57,592 nt of DNA from assembly GCA_038065175.1 (NCBI GenBank), contig JBBTRN010000002.1, positions 1 through 57,592 of the forward strand. The letters run 5' to 3'. A model generated the notes under the pieces. The model was not told the DNA's origin. It saw nothing but the letters and a program-made list of their open reading frames with translations, and searched no databases. Position numbers and translations under genes: made by a program. Origin of the DNA: Patescibacteria group bacterium (GTDB lineage Bacteria > Patescibacteriota > Doudnabacteria > UBA920). This document shows positions 23,509 to 30,333 of the stretch, one piece after another (the first letter of the stretch is position 1; every line of letters starts with the position of its first letter).

Positions 23509-23580
23509 AGGGTGATCTAGGTCGGGCGCGGGGTGGTCCCCGTCTAAAGCGCATTAGCTTTCGCATAATGCACCCCCTTC

Positions 23581-24630
23581 CTAGTATTCCATCTCAACTT
23601 TGGCGCCTTTGCTTTCCAGCAGCCACTTCCAGAAGGAGAGCGACTGCCGAATTTGGTCGGCATTGGCGCCGCTTTTGGGTCCGTACAGGTAGACCCATGT
23701 ACCTTTCAGATCCGGGCACTGGACTTTGCTCTGGAGCTTGTCCGCCACTTCTTGGTTTCCGCTTTTGGGCGGGCTCACATAGAAGTTACCGAGATCAGAG
23801 TTTTCGAGCCCGTCCGTAAACACCAGGACGGTTCGATTGCGTTTGCCGAGGTTCTTGGCCAGGGCGTTGAACAGCCCTGTTGCCAACGATGTCCGTGTTT
23901 TTGCTGGTTTCGGCGCCAACAGGTCATCTAGCTTTCTTCCGATTTTTCCGTAGGCGTGAGTGCCTTCGCCGGGTTCGGCTAGGGCTCTGTCGCTGTCCAG
24001 AAAGTCGGTGGCAGAAAGCCGGAACGTCCAGAAGTGGACGCCGTCGCCTGCCTTTAGCCGAGTGGGGATGTCGAGATTGTCGACTTCCCGAACGACTTGG
24101 TCGCGAAGCGTTTGGTCAATTCCACTGCTGTCGTCGACCATTACTTCATGAGTCCAAGTGCGGGGCTGGTATCGAGCGAACTCGGCCGTGACTTCTTGGA
24201 ACTCATTGATCTTTTTGAGTACCAGGGCACGCCGAGCCGGGCGGCTAACGTCTGCGGTCATTTTTTGCTTAGGGATAAAGAACGGGCGAACCCATTCGTC
24301 CTTCCCGCGGAAAGAAATGACGAACCGAGTTTCGTTGGTGCCATCGCCGTTGTTAAAGCGGCGAACAGCTTCCTCGGAAAAGATCGTCTCGACTTCAATG
24401 GTCGGGGCGGTCGAAAGCGCGTCGCGTTTGAATTCGGTCGGGATGGCGACACTTTGGGGTTCGCGGCTAGAACGAGCGTTCATAAACCAGATTATCCCAC
24501 CGACGAGGCCAAAGAACGCGAGAGCGAGGCCGAGAGCGAGCAACCACGGAAATTTTTTGTGGTTGCTGTTGGTCCGGCTGTTGGCAGCACGGACGCGAAT
24601 ATTTGGGCGTGGGGTATAACGAGGTATCAT
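23581..24630 (-). CDS. Membrane-anchored vWA-like domain protein (349 aa)
   Basis: Very basic N-terminus plus a single TM helix (WLLALGLALAFFGLVGGIIWF). The motifs VMVDDSSG ... TSLATGLFNAL ... VLVFTDGLEN occur in the order and spacing of a vWA MIDAS, although the DxSxS is degenerate. High GC. Confidence 0.5.
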   Translation of the reverse strand: MIPRYTPRPNIRVRAANSRTNSNHKKFPWLLALGLALAFFGLVGGIIWFMNARSSREPQSVAIPTEFKRDALSTAPTIEVETIFSEEAVRRFNNGDGTNETRFVISFRGKDEWVRPFFIPKQKMTADVSRPARRALVLKKINEFQEVTAEFARYQPRTWTHEVMVDDSSGIDQTLRDQVVREVDNLDIPTRLKAGDGVHFWTFRLSATDFLDSDRALAEPGEGTHAYGKIGRKLDDLLAPKPAKTRTSLATGLFNALAKNLGKRNRTVLVFTDGLENSDLGNFYVSPPKSGNQEVADKLQSKVQCPDLKGTWVYLYGPKSGANADQIRQSLSFWKWLLESKGAKVEMEY

Positions 24631-26168
24631 TAGAGTACGCCTCCGTCCGCCGGATTGTTCCAGCGAAATATCATTGCGCCCGACGAAGCGGCCTGTGCCG
24701 CTTCGGTTTGCACCTGCGCGAGGGTTTCAGCCTCGACAGGCGCGAAGTTGGTCACGCGAGCGTCAGCCGGCAGGTCAACCCGAGGGTCAAACTTTTCGGC
24801 TTCGGCAGTGAGGTCAGCGTCGTTTAGCGTTGGTAGGACAGAGCGAGAAAACAGCTCGTCGAGCTCACGGGTTGCGTCAGCATTGTCAAACAGTTTGATG
24901 TCTATGCTGGGAACGACCTTGGCGACCGCGTTGGCCGCCTCCTGAACCAAGGCATGGAAAGCGCGCCGAACGAGTTCAAACGCAGTCAGATACTGCTCCA
25001 CGAGGGAGAGGTACAGTGCGGCAAGCTCGCGGCGAGCGGAGCAATCGTTTGCCACAACAGCCGCGGCGTTATCAGCCGCTTCGTTGTAAATGCGGATTGC
25101 ATTCTCGCGTTCTTGCGGGTAGGGGTCATTGGGGTCGGTGGTGGAGAGTTCGGAAATTCTTGCACCCATGGCTTCATAATCTGCCACGAGCCTTTCGAAC
25201 TCTTGCTGATGCTCTTTGGCGTACTTCGGGGCGTGGCGTACCTCGGCGAGGTAATACACACCGGCCAAGACGGCCATAGCAACAGAACCAAACACCGCGT
25301 TCCAGCCGAATTCCTTTGGATTGGAAACGGCGAGGACGACGCGGAATGCAACCAGAATGAATGACCAGCCGAGGAGCGTGCGCTCCGACCAGCGAGCCAT
25401 CATCCAAATGGATTCTTCAACGGGTGTAACGTAAACGGGGTTGCCGTTCATGTCAAAGCACCCGCCTGCACATTTCTGCGCGTAAATCCGATGGGCATCT
25501 TCGTTGGCGTTGATGATCGCGCGGTTGACACCAGCGAAGTGGGATGTGAGCGCGAGAACGACAACGGTGATGAGCGACCAAGCAAGTGCGCTGTACGAAG
25601 TTCCTTCGAACTCGAACATGCCGTAGCCGGCCATTCCTTCGACCGCAATCAGCATTAGGAAGACGAAAGCCGCCATTACCCCGTGTACAAGGTAGTTCAC
25701 ATGGTGAATGACTGCATCCTGGTCTCCCGACATGCGGATTTTTTGCGACCAAATCGCGTCTTCCAGAATTGGCCTTTGCTCGGTGAGCTGGGCCAGCTCC
25801 AGTCCGCGCGCTTGATCACGCTCGAACTTGCGGGTGAGGATGGTGTAGAGCTGCTCCCGCAAATAAGCGAGCGAGGCGTCCAGGGTTAGGCGGTAGCCGG
25901 TTATGTGACCGGCGGGATTGAACAAGCGGATGGCCTCGCGCAGATTGCGCGCGGCAACCGTGAGCGAGGTGCAGGCGGAGTTCTCAAATCGTGTCCACAG
26001 CTCAGAGAGCCAAAACACGACTGTGGCGAACAGCGGGAGAAACCCAGAGTCTTTGCGGAATGTGGGGACCAGACCAGCGATCCGTCCCTTCTGCGCCGCA
26101 AGTTGTTGTCTAAGGCCGGCGGTGTTAATTTCCGGCCTCGTTTCTTGAACATTGTTGAGATGGTCCAT
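24630..26168 (-). CDS. Four-TM membrane protein with long helical N- and C-terminal domains (512 aa), unknown family
   Basis: AGGAGG lies 4 nt upstream of ATG 26168, and the ORF-track start at 26276 is rejected. TM pairs lie at about aa 195-260 and 300-345. The stop overlaps the downstream start (TAATG). Confidence 0.5.
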   Translation of the reverse strand: MDHLNNVQETRPEINTAGLRQQLAAQKGRIAGLVPTFRKDSGFLPLFATVVFWLSELWTRFENSACTSLTVAARNLREAIRLFNPAGHITGYRLTLDASLAYLREQLYTILTRKFERDQARGLELAQLTEQRPILEDAIWSQKIRMSGDQDAVIHHVNYLVHGVMAAFVFLMLIAVEGMAGYGMFEFEGTSYSALAWSLITVVVLALTSHFAGVNRAIINANEDAHRIYAQKCAGGCFDMNGNPVYVTPVEESIWMMARWSERTLLGWSFILVAFRVVLAVSNPKEFGWNAVFGSVAMAVLAGVYYLAEVRHAPKYAKEHQQEFERLVADYEAMGARISELSTTDPNDPYPQERENAIRIYNEAADNAAAVVANDCSARRELAALYLSLVEQYLTAFELVRRAFHALVQEAANAVAKVVPSIDIKLFDNADATRELDELFSRSVLPTLNDADLTAEAEKFDPRVDLPADARVTNFAPVEAETLAQVQTEAAQAASSGAMIFRWNNPADGGVL

Positions 26169-26289
26169 TTGTCCTCCTAGACATTTGGTAAAGAACTGTT
26201 GGTTAGAGAATTCTGCGTGTGGCGGTCTGCGCAAAATCCCCTTAAGCGAACTGCAAAAAAACTTGTGTAGCCACATTACTAATGTTTTT

Positions 26290-26326
26290 CACCCCCACCT
26301 AACCTCCCCCCTCAAGGGGGAGGAAA
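26290..26326 (+). repeat. GGGAGG-hairpin repeat (solo copy) in the 5' leader of the minus-strand operon
   Basis: cacccccacctaacctcccccctcaagggggaggaaa, located at the GC-rich/AT-rich boundary. Confidence 0.8.
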
Positions 26327-26394
26327 AAAACAGGAGATTAAAAACAACAGCAATGTAGCCGCAATTAATAAATAATATTTTATTTTAACCTCTG

Positions 26395-26424
26395 ATTATA
26401 ACACAAAATAGCTAAATTTGTCAA
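26395..26424 (-). promoter_or_regulatory. Consensus sigma70 promoter, minus strand (TTGACA-18-TGT-TATAAT)
   Basis: The reverse complement reads ttgaca aatttagctattttgtgt tataat with a TGn extended -10. It lies about 225 nt upstream of ATG 26168. Confidence 0.55.
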
Positions 26425-26504
26425 TAATTAGACCCTAAAACCCTTATTTATAAGGGAAAATTAATAATTTAGATTAAAAACAAGCCTGGATTAAGAGTTT
26501 ATTC

Positions 26505-26533
26505 TTGACATAATAGTTTATTTGTATTATAAT
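26505..26533 (+). promoter_or_regulatory. Consensus sigma70 promoter, plus strand (TTGACA-17-TATAAT)
   Basis: ttgaca at 26505-26510, a 17-nt spacer, tataat at 26528-26533. It lies about 335 nt upstream of ATG 26869. Confidence 0.55.
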
Positions 26534-26868
26534 GTTTAGTCATTATGCCGCAGTGTCGGCAGAGTGACACAGTTCTTTATAATTGTCCTTAAGGAGGATA
26601 TAAGCCCCAGTTAAATGAATCCAGACTTTGTTTGGGAATTTAACGGGGCAAGCGTTACTTATTTTACGCGGAGCATTCGCGGATTTAGATCGCAGACGCG
26701 GATTACGCGCTGAGCGGAAAAGAAATGTTAATTGCATGCTGAAAAAATTGGATACTGCAATTAGCCCCAAATTTATTTTTGGGATTAGTGGCAGTATCTA
26801 GTTTGATTTTTAGAACACGCCGCAAGGTGTGTCTCTATGGCAGTTAACGTTCAGGAAAAGGAAAGACA

Positions 26869-28497
26869 ATGTCTAACTACAAAAACCCCCTCGCACGTTT
26901 TTTTGGATTCGCGATTTGCGCGCTCGCGCTGATCGCGTCGTCCACAACCGCTTTTTCACAGACCCGCGATTACGACTTCGACAAGGACGGCAAGCCCGTT
27001 CAAGTCGGCGGCCCTGGGTTCACCCAGCAGCCGCAGGCGGCTCCGACCCCATTGCCGGCTCCCAAGCCGGACGAAGTGAAGCCGGGTTCGAGTTCCCCCA
27101 CCCCAAAGGCCGAGCCTGATAAGGGTGAAGCCAAAAAGGGAGGGGAGGAGAAAAAGTCCGAAGAGGCTACGACTCCATCTCCCGCGGCTCGCATCGGCGG
27201 CGCCATCCGTTCAGCCTTTCCGTGGATTTTGGGCGCTGTCGGTTTTATCGGTGTGGTAATCTTAGTGGTCGTGTTCCTGCGTTCGCGCAGGCAGGCGACT
27301 CCGCCCCCGCCGCGTCCGCACGCGCCTCCACCACCTCCCGCTCCCGGACCTCACGCTGCTCCGCGGCCCGTGGTTTCCCCGGCTCACCGTCCGCCTCCGG
27401 CCAGTGGGGTACCTGTTCGTCCGCCCGTTGCGGCGACTCCGCCCCCCTCTGGCCCAGCCGCACCCGCTCCGCCTGCAACGCCGGCTCCCGCGCCACCCGC
27501 AACACCTCCGGTCGTGGCTCCCATCGTCGCCCTGTTGTTCGCCGTGTTGTTCGCGGCGCAGGCGGCGTACTCGCAGGCGCAGTACACGGTGTTTCCGTCG
27601 GCCATCCCGGTCGGCGGCAGCATCAACGCCATCGTCACCGGGCCGAACGCCAACACCCTCACGGGTTGCGGCGTTGCCCTTCCGGACAGTGGCTGCTCGT
27701 TCTCACACGTGGTCTCCGCCACCCAGGTAATGGTTCGGCTCACTGCCGGACCCAACGCCATGGGCACGAACCCGCACCCGGTGCGCGGCACCCTTCGGTT
27801 GGTTTTCGGTGGCACAACCACCGTGAATTTGCCGAACGCAGTTGTGGTGGGCAAGTCGGAGCAAATTGGCACGGCGATGATCTCGCCACATGTCAATCCG
27901 GCACCTGCGCCAGCACCCCGTCCGACCTACATCGCCGGCGCTGACCGGACCGCACGCACTGCGGCCGAAGCGGCTATGAACGCCGCGAAAAACGCGCAGT
28001 CCGCGAATCGGTCGTTGGCTGATAAGCTGGAAGCAACAATGACGTTGCTCCAGAACGTGGACTCGCGACTGCAGGCTTTGGAAGGTCGTCCGCAGGTTGT
28101 GGGCGGGCTCCAGGACTCGCAAGTCCGGACTATCGTCAACGAAAGCGTTGATGGTCGGGTTGCCCTTTCACTCGCCCCGGTCCGCAAGGACCTGGACGAG
28201 CTGAAGGCTCGTGTGGACAAGGTTGAGCCGATTTTGACCGCGACGGCTGATGCTGTTGAAGCGGTCGGTGCGGCGGCGGATCATGGTGGCAGTTTTCTCG
28301 GTTTCGGCGGCGGACCTAAAAAATCCCTCCGTCAGGCCGCGACTGAAGCCAGGCTCCGCCTGGCGTGTGCCCGCGGAATCGTGACCAAGGGTTGCCCGGC
28401 TTCGCTGGGTACACCCGCGGCCACGGCCGCATCGGCACCGGTGGCCGCAAGCTCCGGAACCGCCCGCCTCTCGGGCGGCCGTGTTGACAAGAAGTAA
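26869..28497 (+). CDS. Proline-rich envelope protein with signal peptide, two further TM helices, an Ig-like region and a coiled coil (542 aa)
   Basis: Signal-like N-terminus FAICALALIASSTTAFSQ, TM helix WILGAVGFIGVVILVVVFL, a Pro-rich block of about 70 aa (PPPPRPHAPPPPPAPGP...), and a second signal-like helix IVALLFAVLFAAQAAYSQ. The C-terminal part has heptad-like helices. High GC. Confidence 0.55.
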   Translation: MSNYKNPLARFFGFAICALALIASSTTAFSQTRDYDFDKDGKPVQVGGPGFTQQPQAAPTPLPAPKPDEVKPGSSSPTPKAEPDKGEAKKGGEEKKSEEATTPSPAARIGGAIRSAFPWILGAVGFIGVVILVVVFLRSRRQATPPPPRPHAPPPPPAPGPHAAPRPVVSPAHRPPPASGVPVRPPVAATPPPSGPAAPAPPATPAPAPPATPPVVAPIVALLFAVLFAAQAAYSQAQYTVFPSAIPVGGSINAIVTGPNANTLTGCGVALPDSGCSFSHVVSATQVMVRLTAGPNAMGTNPHPVRGTLRLVFGGTTTVNLPNAVVVGKSEQIGTAMISPHVNPAPAPAPRPTYIAGADRTARTAAEAAMNAAKNAQSANRSLADKLEATMTLLQNVDSRLQALEGRPQVVGGLQDSQVRTIVNESVDGRVALSLAPVRKDLDELKARVDKVEPILTATADAVEAVGAAADHGGSFLGFGGGPKKSLRQAATEARLRLACARGIVTKGCPASLGTPAATAASAPVAASSGTARLSGGRVDKK

Positions 28498-28507
28498 CGC
28501 TTTTCCT

Positions 28508-28546
28508 TACCCCCTCCCTAACCCTCCCCCTTAACAGGGGAGGGAA
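28508..28546 (+). repeat. GGGAGG-hairpin repeat (solo, diverged copy) right after the 542-aa gene
   Basis: taccccctccctaaccctcccccttaacaggggagggaa. Confidence 0.7.
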
Positions 28547-29027
28547 TAGCAGGCGGTGACGGAACATAAACATTGGAAGAGGGGAATGGCACTGCTATTT
28601 CCCTCTCTCCTCTCTAAAAAATTAGGATTTGGAATTTAGGGTAAAAGGTATATACTTTATATCCTGAAACTAGAATCTTAAAAATACCTCCGGTTAAATG
28701 ATTTGCTTGGCAAATCAACCCGCCTTTGGCGGATTATTTAACGGGGTAAACAAGGAGGAATATAAACCAATTCCAGTTTTTGGAATTGGGAAATTTTAGA
28801 TTTGGCAGATTAGCTTCTCGACAGGCTCGAAGGTTATGCACGGATGAGCAAGTAAAGACATCTTAGAGATAAAAATAGATCCCGGATCCCCAGTAGTAGT
28901 TCTCGACAAGCTCGAACACTACGGGGCAAGCAAGTCCGGGATGACAGAAAGGTGTTTTTTCTTGCTCGTCCGGCATCCCTGAAGTTTAGGGAAATTCAAC
29001 CGGACGGCGAGAAAGGAGGGTAGCGAG

Positions 29028-29981
29028 ATGCCTTTGATCTTTGCAATTCTCCTGTTTTTGTCCGCCGGTTTGGGGGTCGCACAGACTTCCACCGGCAAAG
29101 TGTTTTTTGCAACGCCCGAGGCTTGCCTCGCGGCTCCGCTAGACAACTCCTCGATCGTTTATCAACCGAGCTTTAACAATTTGCTTGGGTGGTGGACGGA
29201 AAAGTGGGAGCTTGGAACTGCGCAAAAAGTCGAGGGTCATAACAAGACCTTCTGTGCAGAGGAGCAGACTGTGGAGGGCAAGCAAATTATCCGTTGGCCC
29301 AAAAACAATCCGTTCTTTACAGCCGGAAGCCGCAAGGCTGACGGCCGGTGCGGCAATGAGGTTTATAGGCTTTGGGAAGTTTCCGAGCCTGTGTTTCAAC
29401 CAGTAGTAGTAGTACCGCCCGTTGCAGTCGCTCCGGCTTCGCCCGCACCACCTTCGCATGTCTGTCCGGAGTGCGGCGATGTTACTTGGGCTGTGAACCA
29501 GCCTGGGGTGATATCGAAAGTCGAGAACGGAACACTTGTTCTCGGCTCGGTGGTTCTCCACAGCGACTTGCGCCTTAATTTGACGTTCTCGTTTACCGAG
29601 GGCGTAGAGGAAGGCCGCATTTTGGCAGGGGACACGGTTCTGGCCGGCGGAAATGCCGTGGACATTACTTCTGCGGATGGTCCGGAACCGGGGGTGTACG
29701 ATATTGTTGCGGAAGGCCGGGACTCGGACGGTCACATTGTCCGTTGCCGGGTTCGTATCACGTTTGTGGCTCCTGCGCTACCCGCTCCTGTCCTTATTAC
29801 CGTCGAAAAAAAGAAGGGGAGGAAATTCCCAATCCCGTGTATCCCACGGGAGAAAACGTGGTTCGGCATCGGCGTCCCCGTTCTTGAGTGTGCGGCCATC
29901 GTTGGCGGCGTATGGGCAATCTGGCCTGTCGCCGAAGCCTTCAAGCACGGCGCTGCTGTGCTGGTCGGACTTGTGCTCTAA
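29028..29981 (+). CDS. Secreted, C-terminally anchored protein with Ig-like region (317 aa)
   Basis: AGGAGG lies 8 nt upstream. Signal peptide IFAILLFLSAGLGVAQ, a Cys-containing N-domain, a Pro/Val linker, a beta-rich segment (GVYDIVAEGRDSDGHIVRCRVRITF) and a hydrophobic C-terminus. High GC. Confidence 0.55.
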   Translation: MPLIFAILLFLSAGLGVAQTSTGKVFFATPEACLAAPLDNSSIVYQPSFNNLLGWWTEKWELGTAQKVEGHNKTFCAEEQTVEGKQIIRWPKNNPFFTAGSRKADGRCGNEVYRLWEVSEPVFQPVVVVPPVAVAPASPAPPSHVCPECGDVTWAVNQPGVISKVENGTLVLGSVVLHSDLRLNLTFSFTEGVEEGRILAGDTVLAGGNAVDITSADGPEPGVYDIVAEGRDSDGHIVRCRVRITFVAPALPAPVLITVEKKKGRKFPIPCIPREKTWFGIGVPVLECAAIVGGVWAIWPVAEAFKHGAAVLVGLVL

Positions 29982-30046
29982 ACTGGGCAAAAACGGCAGC
30001 GTTCAACCAGGACGCCGCTACGGCAAATCTAAAATGTAGGAATCTT

Positions 30047-30087
30047 GGCCCGGGCGCGACTAATTATCGTTCCCGGGTCTTGTTTTT
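30047..30087 (+). terminator. Hairpin (ggcccggg...cccgggtc) plus T-run at the right edge of the island
   Basis: A 7/8-bp stem with an 18-nt loop followed by ttgttttt. Confidence 0.4.
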
Positions 30088-30142
30088 ATCAATAATCTTT
30101 TATCGCCTCTTCTTTTCATTTTGGTTTTTTTATGGTTTAATA

Positions 30143-30315
30143 TATATAGGGACTGTTGCGGAATGTCATTTTTGCCCAAAACGATCTGCTTTGGCAAAAT
30201 TCCTAAAAAAATTCTTCCGCTTACCTTTCAGGTAAACATCAAAATTTGTTTTAGAAATTTTACTCAAATCATATCATTTTGCATCAAAAAGCCCATTCGG
30301 CAACAGTCCCATATA
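30143..30315. other. 173-nt long-hairpin element, second copy of the family at 17794-17957
   Basis: The terminal arms tatatagggactgttgcggaatg / cattcggcaacagtcccatata are complementary. The apex at 30204-30252 matches 17851-17899. It ends 18 nt before ATG 30334. Confidence 0.6.
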
Positions 30316-30333
30316 AGATTTGTCCCTAATAAT

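Noticed and set aside
26543-26770. 75-aa minus-strand ORF, and small plus-strand ORFs, in the leader of the 542-aa gene.
   Set aside because: The translation (PVKFPNKVWIHLTG, NPRLRSKSANAPRK) is the typical read-through of the dispersed palindromic repeat families. There is no SD, and it lies between the promoter and the real gene.
23456-30087. The island as a prophage, ICE or transposon.
   Set aside because: I recognised no integrase, recombinase, transposase, terminase, capsid, relaxase or replication gene, and no flanking tRNA. The mechanism of acquisition remains unknown.
23495-30112. Possible att-like direct repeats at the island edges (tcatcgtcctcttc at 23495-23508 versus ttatcgcctcttc at 30100-30112).
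   Set aside because: The match is only about 11 nt and imperfect. The left copy is part of the terminator stem. A chance match is likely.
23568-30235. Dozens of 60-240-aa ORFs in the six-frame track overlap the four island genes on both strands, for example 23653-23931, 24097-24633, 24954-25364, 27222-27944, 27384-27896 and 29139-29735.
   Set aside because: High-GC DNA is poor in stop codons and produces long spurious ORFs in all frames. These ORFs lack an SD, overlap longer ORFs that have an SD and a terminator, and translate to Arg/Pro/Gly-rich low-complexity sequences.
30121-30333. N-terminal 71-residue extension of the 836-aa ORF; likewise the extensions at 26169-26276, 9766-9783, 43009-43035, 50852-50923, 48748-48816 and 39829-39864.
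   Set aside because: The extensions are encoded by repeat or hairpin elements or overlap upstream genes. Internal ATGs coincide with the conserved protein N-termini or with SD motifs.
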